Origin: a bacterium
GTDB taxonomy: Bacteria; UBA8248
Length of the DNA: 64,000 nt
NCBI GenBank assembly: GCA_965204535.1
Contig: CBDBEV010000001.1
Coordinates: 2,272,001-2,336,000 of the forward strand
Direction of reading: 5' to 3'
Shown: positions 48,634-58,045 of the stretch, piece after piece
How positions within the stretch are numbered: position 1 is the first letter of the stretch
Layout of the letters: each line of letters starts with the position of its first letter
The notes under the pieces: generated by a model
Seen by the model: the letters and a program-made list of their open reading frames with translations, nothing else
Told to the model about the DNA's origin: nothing
The model's database searches: none
Translations under genes and position numbers: made by a program

Positions 48634-49013
48634 AAGTCAGGGAGTGTTTTTTGCAGGCGGTAGCGATTGTTGGAGTGGAAGAAGACACTAGAGAAACCTG
48701 GGCGGCCATGAACAGGATAAACGCGCCCTGGGCGGCGGTTTTTGATGGTACGCACCTGGTTGGCATAGTAAACAAACAAGACCTTGATGCGTTTGTTCGC
48801 GTGCCCGAAGTTTTTCAGGACGTTGGTGAGGTGGCCCAAACGGACATACCTGTCAAGCGAGGGATATCGCTATCCCCGAACGCGGATTTGAACGAGGCTG
48901 TTCTTCAGCTTGAATTGGCGAGAGCGGATGCCGCCTTTGTCGAGGGCATTGGGAGGCCGCCTGGCGTCATGGAAATGGAAACGGCCAATCGCGTATTGTC
49001 TTGTTCTTCATGA
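48630..49013 (+). CDS. Small CBS-domain-like protein
   Basis: MKVRE start, VFDGTHLVGIV..QDL and SPNADLNEA motifs; ATGA overlap with the upstream gene. Confidence 0.55.
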   Translation: MKVRECFLQAVAIVGVEEDTRETWAAMNRINAPWAAVFDGTHLVGIVNKQDLDAFVRVPEVFQDVGEVAQTDIPVKRGISLSPNADLNEAVLQLELARADAAFVEGIGRPPGVMEMETANRVLSCSS

Positions 49014-49086
49014 TACGCTTTTGTTTTCCTTAAAGTGATTGATCATTTGCCTCGCTTTCAAGGGGCAATTGACGGGAGGAACGTCC

Positions 49087-50283
49087 ATGGAATTCACGTT
49101 GAATGAAGAGCAAATACGGATTCAGCAGATAGCCAGAAAATTTTCCGATGAAGAATTGGCCCCGGTGGCTCCAGAGCGCGATCGTATTCAGAACTGGGAA
49201 GAGCGGATGCCGTGGGATCTCACGGAAAAAGCAAGCGCTTTGGGTTTAAGGCAGCTCCCTTATCCCAAAGAATACGGTGGTATGGGAGCTGATGTGCTTT
49301 CGTGCTGTCTGGCGGGGGAGGAGCTTGCAGCGGGAGATCTGGGTTTTGCGGTGAACCTGGATCAGACATGGAAGCTGTCCCATATATTCGAAAAAGTAGA
49401 ACCTGAAGTCAGAGACCCCTGGATGAAACGTTTATGTGAAGAGCCAAGATTCCTGGCTGCGATTTCCATGACGGAAGAAGGGGCGGGAACCGACCATCAG
49501 GGATATTATGACGATCCCTCCATTGCGCTTTTTACGCGCGCGGAGAAAGAAGGCGGCAAATGGATCCTCAACGGGAAAAAACGCTATGTCAGCAATGGCC
49601 CTGTTGCGTCGTTGTACGTTTTGGCGGCAAGAACCGATCTCAGCAAAAACTTGAGGGAAGGCTTAACGGGCTTTCTGGTTCCTAGAGAGACCCCCGGCAT
49701 ATCGATAGGCGAAGTGCATGAAAAAATTGGCCAGCGTCTTTCGATGAATTCTGAAATTTTCTATGAAGACGTCGAGATTCCCGAGAACCACATCATCCTG
49801 GGTGAGGGAAACATGTTCGAAATCAGGGGTAATCTTCTGGCGATGGGAAAACCGGAAGCAGCCGCAACGGCCCTGGGTGTCGGGCGCGCTGCATTCGAGA
49901 AATCACTTGTCTACAGCCGAGAACGCGTCCAGGGCGGCAAGCCCATTGGTCAACACCAAGCGATTGAAACCATGCTCGCCGATATGGCGATGAATCTTGA
50001 CATTGCGCGCACGTACATTTGGCGCACCGCTTGGGCGGTGGATCATCAAAAACCTTATGATTTCACGCAAGGATGGAAATGCAAAGTTTTCGCATCTGAA
50101 GTCGCTTTTGATTGTGCGAGACTGGGCATGGAGGTATTCGGCGGTGCGGGCATCATGCACGATGCTCCTATGGAGAAATACCTTCGCGATGCCAGTACGT
50201 TCTTGCACTCAGACGGCACGAATCAAATTCTGCGGTTAAGAACCGGGCAAGCTTATGTGAAAGGAGTAGCCACGGCGTTTTAG
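49087..50283 (+). CDS. Acyl-CoA dehydrogenase family protein
   Basis: PKEYGG, MTEEGAGTD, ILNGKKRYVSNG, RVQGGKPIGQHQ and FGGAG...EKYLRDA motifs; GGAGG RBS. Confidence 0.92.
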   Translation: MEFTLNEEQIRIQQIARKFSDEELAPVAPERDRIQNWEERMPWDLTEKASALGLRQLPYPKEYGGMGADVLSCCLAGEELAAGDLGFAVNLDQTWKLSHIFEKVEPEVRDPWMKRLCEEPRFLAAISMTEEGAGTDHQGYYDDPSIALFTRAEKEGGKWILNGKKRYVSNGPVASLYVLAARTDLSKNLREGLTGFLVPRETPGISIGEVHEKIGQRLSMNSEIFYEDVEIPENHIILGEGNMFEIRGNLLAMGKPEAAATALGVGRAAFEKSLVYSRERVQGGKPIGQHQAIETMLADMAMNLDIARTYIWRTAWAVDHQKPYDFTQGWKCKVFASEVAFDCARLGMEVFGGAGIMHDAPMEKYLRDASTFLHSDGTNQILRLRTGQAYVKGVATAF

Positions 50284-50306
50284 TGGCATGAAAAGGAGAA
50301 TTTCAG

Positions 50307-50858
50307 ATGGCACGCCTGGCAGATAAGTGGCGACAGGTTGAATTGTTCCAGCAAGACGGGGAATCGCTGGAACATCATGTTGCCGAGTGGCTCCAGAAGG
50401 TGCGTGCGGAATTCTCCGTGTTTGTATCGGATGAAGGTATTGCGGAAATAAGAATGCTGAATGGCGTAGAAAAACCTCTCGTGGCAAATCATGCGAGGGA
50501 GCAATCAACACCGTTGAGTCGTCGAGCTTCAAAAGAGATAGAAGAATATCTAAACGGCGCGCGAAAAAGCTTCAAACTCAAAACGGACCTCTCTGCACTC
50601 ACGCCTTTTATGGAAAAAGTGCTGAGGAAGACGGAAGAAATTCCATACGGAGAGACGCGCTCTTACGGCTGGGTCGCGAAGGAAATCGGAAACCCGAAAG
50701 CATCACGCGCCGTCGGCCAGGCGCTTCATAGAAATCCCGTTCCTCTTGTAATACCATGACATCGGGTCATCGCGGGCTCGGGCGAGCTCGGTGGATTCGC
50801 AAGCAGCGTATCTTTGAAGTTGGCGCTCTTGGTCCATGAGATGAATCATAAAGATTAG
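50307..50858 (+). CDS. ogt: Methylated-DNA-protein (seleno)cysteine S-methyltransferase, Sec at TGA 50757-50759
   Basis: IPYGETRSY and RAVGQAL..NPVPLVIP-TGA-HRVIAGSGELGGFA...K..LL..E to TAG 50858. The TGA occupies the Cys of PCHRV. Confidence 0.85.
50760..50793 (+). promoter_or_regulatory. Putative bacterial SECIS element (ogt)
   Basis: Stem CGGGCTC / GAGCTCG (50773-50790) with a G-first loop GGGC 20 nt after the UGA, and a lower CAT/GTG stem. Confidence 0.6.
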
Positions 50859-50907
50859 GGTATCTGGATTTCGCTTGGAGGCATCCAAATTCATGGGGGG
50901 ATGAAAG

Positions 50908-51483
50908 ATGTCTAAGAAGATGAATGATTTCATCGACCAAGTACGCGAAATTGTACAGACTGGCGGTACCGAAGAAGAAGTAACGGCTCATGTTGTGACG
51001 GCCCTTGAGCCAATTTTGGATGAGCCGAACCTGTTGAATGCCGATCAACTCTTGGTGAAAAAAGAGGGTTTTACGCTCAACCGGATTCATGTCGAACCGG
51101 ATGAGAGCTTTTCTATAGGCGCCGGTATATGGGATGTGGGACAGACCACCCCGATTCATGATCACGGCACCTGGGGAGTGATAGGTATTTACCGAGGAAT
51201 GGAAAACGAAGAGAGTTTCTTGCGTGAAGGCCCCCGAGAGAGCGGCGCTCGCGTAAAGCTCACGCCCCTAGGCAAACGCCTGGCCGGGCCCGGAGATGTC
51301 TTCGTCTGCTGTACGAAGGACAACGATGTGCACCGCGTGAGTTGTGCTTCGCTTGAACCCGTGGTGGGCATTCATGTCTATGGCGATGATCTCGCCAAGT
51401 TAACTCGCTATAAATATGAGGAATCAACCGGCGAGGTGAAATTGTTTGTTACGGGATGGGATTATGCAAAAACATCGGCTTGA
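50908..51483 (+). CDS. Cysteine dioxygenase-family (thiol dioxygenase-like) protein
   Basis: GQTTPIHDHGTWG and DVHRV give the 3-His facial triad; IHVYG supplies the His/Tyr pair. Confidence 0.8.
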   Translation: MSKKMNDFIDQVREIVQTGGTEEEVTAHVVTALEPILDEPNLLNADQLLVKKEGFTLNRIHVEPDESFSIGAGIWDVGQTTPIHDHGTWGVIGIYRGMENEESFLREGPRESGARVKLTPLGKRLAGPGDVFVCCTKDNDVHRVSCASLEPVVGIHVYGDDLAKLTRYKYEESTGEVKLFVTGWDYAKTSA

Positions 51484-51597
51484 TTTATAAAAGCCGACTA
51501 AATCGATAATTAACGCCGCTCAACACTTTTTCCATCGAAGCAATCACTAGACACCTGCCTACCGAACACCAGCTACGTGATGAAATAAACACGCTTT

Positions 51598-52302
51598 CTA
51601 CCAGGGCATGGGTTTTCTGTCCTGGAAGTATCCACCGGTAGGCCCGTCCTTCGGCAACAAGGCGAGCCATACGGGCGTATCTGCTCCTTCGTCTATTGAT
51701 TTTGAGGCGCCCCGACCGCCCATGTCGGTTCTCACCCATCCTGGATGGCAACAATTCACTAATACGCCAGTTCCTCGGAATTCACTCGCCAGTACTTTCG
51801 TCATCGCATTCAATGCGGTTTTGGTAATTCTGTATCCGGGAGAGCCTCCTCCCATGCTGGCGAGAGAACCCATGCCGCTTGAGACATTCACGATTCTACC
51901 GGCTGAGCTTTTTTTCAGTAGTGGTGCCAAGGCTTGGCAAATCATCAGAGGGCCATAGAGGTTGGTTTCCATCATTTCGCGGACGACCTCGACTGGAACG
52001 TCCAACCCCATCATGCCGGCATCTTTTCTGATGGCCGCGTTGTTGATTAAAATGTCTAGTTTTCCAAATTCTTTGGCCAAAAAGCTGGCTAGAGAATCGA
52101 TGCTATTCTCGTCGGTGACATCCAGGGGATGGAATATGATTTCCAGCCCCTCTTGTTTTAGCTGCTCTTTAGCGACTTCACCCTTGGAAACGTCTCGCGC
52201 CGTGAGGATGGTTCGAATTCCTTGGCTTGCGAGCGATCGGCAGATCCCGAAGCCAATGCCTTTGTTCCCGCCCGTTACGACGGCGATTTTCTCATCCGGC
52301 AA
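51598..52302 (-). CDS. Short-chain dehydrogenase/reductase (carbonyl-reductase-like)
   Basis: TGGNKGIG, INNAA, NVSS, YRITK and PGWVRTDMGG motifs. Confidence 0.92.
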   Translation of the reverse strand: MPDEKIAVVTGGNKGIGFGICRSLASQGIRTILTARDVSKGEVAKEQLKQEGLEIIFHPLDVTDENSIDSLASFLAKEFGKLDILINNAAIRKDAGMMGLDVPVEVVREMMETNLYGPLMICQALAPLLKKSSAGRIVNVSSGMGSLASMGGGSPGYRITKTALNAMTKVLASEFRGTGVLVNCCHPGWVRTDMGGRGASKSIDEGADTPVWLALLPKDGPTGGYFQDRKPMPW

Positions 52303-52471
52303 CTTTCATCTCCTTTTTCTGTGTGCTTCGCTGGATAATTTTCACTGAATTCATGTGTTTCACCAGCACGATCAGGAATGATTCTGGAATCAATTCGCCT
52401 CCCTGTTATATCATAGAGGGGAATCATCTCTCGCTCAGAGTATTTCCAAGCATATACATTGGAAGAAATGA

Positions 52472-53182
52472 TTGAGTTCAACTCATCTAATCCTGTTCGA
52501 CGTGGATGGAACGCTGCTTTTAAGCGGAGGAGCAGGGGCGAGAGCGTTGAATATCGCTTTTGAGCGGATATACGGGATTCCAAACGCTATGCGTCATGTT
52601 CATCCGCACGGTAAGACGGATGAATTCATCATACAAGAGATGTTTCGTTCTCATCTTGAGCGTTGTGGGAGCGAGCCTGAGGTAAAGGCCCTATTGGACA
52701 GATATTTGGAAGTCCTGCCCATCACGGTTAGGGATTCTAAAAATTTTCACCTGATGCCGGGAATCCCAGGTTTGCTTTCATATCTCAGGAGCCGAAAAGA
52801 CGTGTTCATGGGATTGGGAACGGGCAATATCGAAGAGGGCGCGCGAATCAAACTCTCGTGTGGCGGGCTGAACAAGTTTTTTTCGTTCGGTGGTTTCGGG
52901 TCTGATTCTGGAGACAGGACGGAGTTGCTGGAAGCAGGATTTCAGAGGGGCGAGGAAATCATTATAAAGGAATATCCACGCGAATCCGTTTCCCGTTGGG
53001 TGATAGGTGATACGTGGCGTGACGTAGCAGCAGGGCGTGCATGTGGAGCGAAGACGATAGCTGTGGCTACAGGAGGGGATTCACTTTACGAGTTGGCGAG
53101 TGCTTCTCCGGATTTTCTTTTCGCTACGCTGGAGGATCAAAAGGCGATTTCTGAAATCTTGGATGAGGGCGATAGGGCGTGA
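52472..53182 (+). CDS. HAD-superfamily hydrolase
   Basis: LFDVDGTL, GKTD, TGN and IGDTWRD motifs. Confidence 0.9.
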   Translation: MSSTHLILFDVDGTLLLSGGAGARALNIAFERIYGIPNAMRHVHPHGKTDEFIIQEMFRSHLERCGSEPEVKALLDRYLEVLPITVRDSKNFHLMPGIPGLLSYLRSRKDVFMGLGTGNIEEGARIKLSCGGLNKFFSFGGFGSDSGDRTELLEAGFQRGEEIIIKEYPRESVSRWVIGDTWRDVAAGRACGAKTIAVATGGDSLYELASASPDFLFATLEDQKAISEILDEGDRA

Positions 53183-53862
53183 GTGAATCTTCTTATCCGG
53201 TTACGCCAAGTGAAATCGCCCATGTCTATCGGCAAATCCCCGTGTGGGCCATGGGCGAACTCGCCGGTTTATCCGAAGTGCAGTTGGATAGAACTGGGAC
53301 AGAAGAATGGGCGCGTTGGTCCCTAAGAAGGCAGCTCAGCCATATGGCTTACATCACGACGAGGTGGTTCATGGTTCTCTACGGCGCCACTAGCCTGACC
53401 TGGCCCTCTGTGGATATGAGCCAATTCAGTACGTTCATCAATACGCGAGAAGATGACCGTCGTTTTTCTTCTGAGCGGTATGCGGATCCAGAATGGCTGC
53501 ATTTACGTTTTTCCGAGGCGTGTGAAGCAGCAGCGAACCAAGTTGAAAAGCTGGAGAAAGAGCGTTCGGCTAATAAATTGCTCTTGTTTGTTTTTTCAGA
53601 CTCATCAGTCGTGGGTGTCAGCGAAGAGCGTTCCGTTGATTTGTGGAATCGTTGCATGAAATGTCATCCAGATGGATTTACGCTCGATGCTGGCTACGCA
53701 CACGGATTTCGTATGACGCCTTTGGCGACTTTGCGTCATGTGCTTTGGGACGATTTGATTCACTTGCGCTCCATCAGGCTCCATCGCAAAGCCTTGGGTT
53801 TGTCTCCCGTTTATCCTGATGCCCCTGTCGGCGGCTACGCTTCGGCCTATCCGGTTTCTTGA
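53179..53862 (+). CDS. DinB-superfamily-like protein
   Basis: WSLRRQLSH near the N-terminus and LRHVLWDDLIHL near the C-terminus; GTGA overlap with the HAD gene; similar to 55414-56085. Confidence 0.6.
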   Translation: MSESSYPVTPSEIAHVYRQIPVWAMGELAGLSEVQLDRTGTEEWARWSLRRQLSHMAYITTRWFMVLYGATSLTWPSVDMSQFSTFINTREDDRRFSSERYADPEWLHLRFSEACEAAANQVEKLEKERSANKLLLFVFSDSSVVGVSEERSVDLWNRCMKCHPDGFTLDAGYAHGFRMTPLATLRHVLWDDLIHLRSIRLHRKALGLSPVYPDAPVGGYASAYPVS

Positions 53863-54365
53863 TGAAAATTGCTGGTTCACCTCGGGCAAATTTCCTTTTT
53901 TGGTTGTTGTTCATCTCATTTGCATCAATCGCAGGCTCACTTTTGTTCTTTTCGAAACCACTATTTCTTTCCAAAACAGGCGTAAAAGCGTCCTTGTCAG
54001 CAGAAGCAAAGAAGTTGAGAGGCATGCCTCCGGGCGTTATCACAAAAAACATAGGACGCACGCTCAAGAAATATCTGGATGCTTCAAAGCACACCAGTCG
54101 CGCGGAAATTCGCGTTTCCGAGACGAGTCCTGTGAGGTTGTCTATCGATATCCAGTTGCCATGGGCGGAGGTGAGCGCAAAAAAAAGAAGACAAAGAGCA
54201 GAGTTGGTCTGCCGCCTGGGAAGAGGCATGCTTGAGAATGCGGGAGCAAAAGGTACAATTTTCTTGGTTAATATCCTTCGCATGACGAGAGACGCGACTG
54301 CCAGCGAGCGTGCAGGTGCGATGGTGTATTCCTCAAAAGACAAAAAGTGCATCTGGAAAGAATAG
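53859..54365 (+). CDS. Hypothetical membrane-anchored basic protein
   Basis: Single N-terminal TM segment; overlaps the upstream stop; no recognised family. Confidence 0.5.
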   Translation: MMKIAGSPRANFLFWLLFISFASIAGSLLFFSKPLFLSKTGVKASLSAEAKKLRGMPPGVITKNIGRTLKKYLDASKHTSRAEIRVSETSPVRLSIDIQLPWAEVSAKKRRQRAELVCRLGRGMLENAGAKGTIFLVNILRMTRDATASERAGAMVYSSKDKKCIWKE

Positions 54366-54496
54366 CTTTTTCAGAAAGCTAGCCATATCTGAAGCCAAAT
54401 ACATTAAATGCCAACGCCTTTTCTCTGAAGAGCCCCATTTCTGCTAGACTCTGTTTATTTTGGTTATTTATTTTTCGGGCGAGAGGAGGTGTTCAC

Positions 54497-55396
54497 ATGT
54501 CCCTTAAAACTGTTGCCATCATCAGCCCGGGAGATATGGGACATGCTGTGGGGCGAATGCTGGGTTTGCATGGGCTTGAGGTAATAACCTGTCTCGCAAA
54601 CAGAAGTGAGCGGACGAAGCAATTGGCCGCGAAAGGGGGTATTCGGGATTATCCGACAATGGCTGAAATGCTGGAGCGCGCGGATATTGTTTTGTCCATC
54701 GTGCCTCCGGGTTTAGCCGCTCAGGCGGCGGGCGAAGTGGCGGAATCTATGTCGAACTCTGGTTTTTGTCCCCCGTATGCGGACTGCAATGCTGTATCAC
54801 CCGAAATGGCAAAAGCAATGGCAAAAAGGATTTCAGATGCAGGAGCGGATTTTATCGATGGGGGGATATTGGGTCCCCCGCCGAATGAGACACGGAACAG
54901 CACCAGGTTTTACTTCAGCGGTGCGCAGGCGGGATTGCTCTCGGAACTGGACGGAAAGGGAATCATCGTTCGTCAGCTTGGGCCTGAGATTGGTCGGGCA
55001 TCTGGAATCAAGATGTGTTACGCCGCTCTTACGAAAGGAACCCATGCGCTTCAAACTGCCGTTATCACTCTGGCCGAAGCGCTTGGTCTCACCGAGGAAG
55101 TGACCCATGAGTTTCAAACAAGCCAAGAGGCTTCTTATAAACAAATAACCTCGAGTGCCCCCCGTCTTCCCGTCGTGGCGTGGCGGTATATCGACGAGAT
55201 GAAACAAATCGCACAGACCTTTGAGGCCGCCGGCGTCACTCCGAAATTTCACGAAGGAGCGGTGGCCGTCTATTCCCATCTCGCGACGACGCCTTTGGCG
55301 GATCAGGCTTTAGAGACGATGAACAAGAATTTGTCGCCACAAGAAGCGGCGGGGGTTTATGCAGAAAACTTGCCGATGAAAATGGACCACATTTGA
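54497..55396 (+). CDS. NAD(P)-dependent oxidoreductase (6PGD/HIBADH-like, DUF1932-type C-terminus)
   Basis: SPGDMGHAVG, DCNAVSP, IDGGILGPPP, KMCYAALTKG and AWRYIDEM motifs; AGGAGG RBS. Confidence 0.85.
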   Translation: MSLKTVAIISPGDMGHAVGRMLGLHGLEVITCLANRSERTKQLAAKGGIRDYPTMAEMLERADIVLSIVPPGLAAQAAGEVAESMSNSGFCPPYADCNAVSPEMAKAMAKRISDAGADFIDGGILGPPPNETRNSTRFYFSGAQAGLLSELDGKGIIVRQLGPEIGRASGIKMCYAALTKGTHALQTAVITLAEALGLTEEVTHEFQTSQEASYKQITSSAPRLPVVAWRYIDEMKQIAQTFEAAGVTPKFHEGAVAVYSHLATTPLADQALETMNKNLSPQEAAGVYAENLPMKMDHI

Positions 55397-55413
55397 TGTC
55401 TTGAGGAAGCGAT

Positions 55414-56085
55414 ATGCCAGAAGACCTATCCACTCCAGGGTTGGACGTTTTCCCGGAATATAGAAATTTAGCGGATTTGTTTCGGGAAGAAACGAACGGG
55501 CTTCCGCAGGAATTATGGGAATGGAAGCTGCCAGAGAAGAGTTGGGGAGCTTGGTCCATCAAAGAACAAATCAGCCATACGGCATGGATACCGTATCTTT
55601 TTTTCTTGGAATTTTGGCCGCCCGTTTTGTATCCGGATTCTTTGCCGCGAGATAAGTCTCTGGCGGATCAAGGTGGGGCAGACAGAATGTTGGATCCGGT
55701 GCGGTTTCCAGATGTGTCCGATGTTCTGGCAGCGCTTGATGACGCGTGTGCTTTGTGTCGGGAAGTTTTATCGAATGAGACGTTTGCCACACTAAGAGAT
55801 AAAGAATTGCCCAGAAAATACTCTCCGGACAGAACTTGGGCGAACGGTGAGCGAGTGATGGATTATTTTCTAAATCTCGTTTTGCCAGCTCATGAGAGGG
55901 GTTTTCGCAAAGACGAGAACGATCCTTATTTGTATTACCAGACGCTCGAGTGCACGTTCCGCCACATATTGTGGGAGTCGAATGTGCACCTGATTACCAT
56001 TCAGGAATTTAAGCGAATCAAAGGCTTGCCAATTCATTCGACTGTCCCGAGAGACGGGTATGCCGCGATGCTCACGTGGGAATGA
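55414..56085 (+). CDS. DinB-superfamily-like protein, second paralog
   Basis: WSIKEQISH and FRHILWESNVHL motifs. Confidence 0.6.
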   Translation: MPEDLSTPGLDVFPEYRNLADLFREETNGLPQELWEWKLPEKSWGAWSIKEQISHTAWIPYLFFLEFWPPVLYPDSLPRDKSLADQGGADRMLDPVRFPDVSDVLAALDDACALCREVLSNETFATLRDKELPRKYSPDRTWANGERVMDYFLNLVLPAHERGFRKDENDPYLYYQTLECTFRHILWESNVHLITIQEFKRIKGLPIHSTVPRDGYAAMLTWE

Positions 56086-56161
56086 ATGTGATTATTCTTT
56101 GAAGTAGGATTCTCTTTCGTATTTCTGCATTTTCGGATTCCAATCGGACCAGAACAGGAGA

Positions 56162-58033
56162 TTGCTGATGAATGCTCCTCGACAGGGGATTGGTGCGCTG
56201 CGAGAGTATTTTTATGGTGAAGACATTGGTGAGGCGGAGATAGCTCCTGAAGGCCCGATCATAGTGGGCAGGATGGGGAAGTGGCGTGTTACCTACGAAA
56301 TTGGCCCGCATGGAATCGGTCAAGGCGGTGGTATTCGCTTCACGCCACCCAACGGGTTCACAACGCCCCAATTTGAAGATGTGACAGCTCCGGGATATTG
56401 CAAATTCAGGTGCTCGAACGCGAATGCCTTTTTGATTCCTTCAATGATCAAACCAATGCTCGGTTATACATTCTTGCCGGCCAGCTTGGATTTGAAGGTT
56501 CAGGGCGCTTCTCTGGCGGAAGGTGATTTGATTGAAATCAACTACGGCTGGACGCCATCAGGCATCCCGGGCGTGCAAGCGCAATTTTTGGCCATGTCCG
56601 TAGAGTTTACCTTATCCATTGATTCTCTTGGTGAGGATGACTGGGAGCTTCTTACAAATCCCCCGATCTTTGATGTACTGCCCGAGGAGCCATCCTTCCT
56701 TTGGGTGACGGCGCCGGCGCAGGTAGTGGCGGGACAGGGCTTTTCCGTCCGGGCTGTGGCGCGAGATTGCTTTCATAATGTAGCGACAACAGCGTCATCC
56801 ATTCCAAAGCTTGAATTACCTGATGAAAGTACGGTCTCTTTTCGCCAGGAGTCGCCCGGAATTTTTGTTTGCGAAAATATAGTGTTAGGAGCGCCTGAAG
56901 TTCATCGGTTAAAGGTTTCGGCTGATGGATTGCCGACAGTTCATACGCCACCGATTCAGGTATTGGATGAAACCCCTGTTCGCACGCTTCTTTTTGGTGA
57001 CCCGCATTGCATGAGCGGGTTGTGCGTGGGCGAGTATCCGAGACCGTCTACGGCGCGTGAAATCGTGGAATACGTCCACACCTATGCGCGGGATTGCGCA
57101 GGGGTAGACTTCGCCGCCTGCACCTCCTTGGCCATGCGAATGGACGAGGCGCAGTGGAAAGAAGTCACCGAGGCTGCGAATCGGTTTTCGGAGGCGGGAA
57201 GATATGTAGCCCTTCCTGCGTATGAATGGTTTGGCATGCTTGAGCAAGACGGAAACAAGAACGTTTATTTTTTAGATCACAAAGAGATTTTAAAACTTGA
57301 TTCTAGGCATCCGGATTCCGATCATCCGGAAAAACTCTGGGAACAACTCGAAAAATTCGAAGGTCGTGTGATGACGATTCCCCATCACTCGGTGAGTGCT
57401 GTGATTGGCACGCGATGGCGCTGGCACGACCCGAGGTTTCAGCGCCTTGTCGAAATATATTCCTGTTGGGGTAACTCCGAAGCCAATGGCTGCGAAAGGC
57501 CTTTGGTCAATCCGGCGCGCTACGAGGGGCAAAGCGTACAGGATGCGCTTGAGAAAGGATATCGTTTGGGCATCATCGCCGGCTCGGATACGCATACGTC
57601 TCAGCCTGGATTTTCGAATCGATTGCGGCTCAAGAATGCCTGGAGAGGCGGCTTGGCCTGTGTATGGGCGGAGACCTTCAATCGGGAAGGGATATTCAAG
57701 GCCCTTTGGGAGCGACGTTGCTATGGCACGACAGGGGCACGAATTATTCTTGAATTTTTCTTGAACGATGCCCCCATGGGTTCAGAGATGAAATTGGATG
57801 AATCGGCTGCGAGAAAATTGATGGTCCGTGCTGAAGCCTGCTCCCCGGTTCATAAAGTCGTCATCATCAAAAATGCGAGAGAAATTCACGTAAATGTGCC
57901 GGGACGGGAGTCGATCGATTTTGAATGGATCGATTCGAGAGGGAAGGAACGGCAGTCGGATTATTATTATGTCCGGTTAGAGCAAGACGATGGGGAAATC
58001 GCTTGGTCGAGTCCCATCTGGGTGGATTCCTAG
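56162..58033 (+). CDS. PHP-like metallohydrolase (DUF3604/CehA-McbA-like)
   Basis: FGDPHCMS, PAYEW, IPHH, LVEIYS.WG, GSDTH, RRCYGTTGARI, DYYYVR and AWSSPIW motifs. Confidence 0.78.
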   Translation: MLMNAPRQGIGALREYFYGEDIGEAEIAPEGPIIVGRMGKWRVTYEIGPHGIGQGGGIRFTPPNGFTTPQFEDVTAPGYCKFRCSNANAFLIPSMIKPMLGYTFLPASLDLKVQGASLAEGDLIEINYGWTPSGIPGVQAQFLAMSVEFTLSIDSLGEDDWELLTNPPIFDVLPEEPSFLWVTAPAQVVAGQGFSVRAVARDCFHNVATTASSIPKLELPDESTVSFRQESPGIFVCENIVLGAPEVHRLKVSADGLPTVHTPPIQVLDETPVRTLLFGDPHCMSGLCVGEYPRPSTAREIVEYVHTYARDCAGVDFAACTSLAMRMDEAQWKEVTEAANRFSEAGRYVALPAYEWFGMLEQDGNKNVYFLDHKEILKLDSRHPDSDHPEKLWEQLEKFEGRVMTIPHHSVSAVIGTRWRWHDPRFQRLVEIYSCWGNSEANGCERPLVNPARYEGQSVQDALEKGYRLGIIAGSDTHTSQPGFSNRLRLKNAWRGGLACVWAETFNREGIFKALWERRCYGTTGARIILEFFLNDAPMGSEMKLDESAARKLMVRAEACSPVHKVVIIKNAREIHVNVPGRESIDFEWIDSRGKERQSDYYYVRLEQDDGEIAWSSPIWVDS

Positions 58034-58045
58034 GAAGGAGCGGTT

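Noticed and set aside
48630-56085. Other TGA stops as further Sec codons (49013, 51483, 53862, 55396, 56085)
   Set aside because: The proteins look complete at these stops, and I saw no Cys-motif context or conserved downstream continuation.
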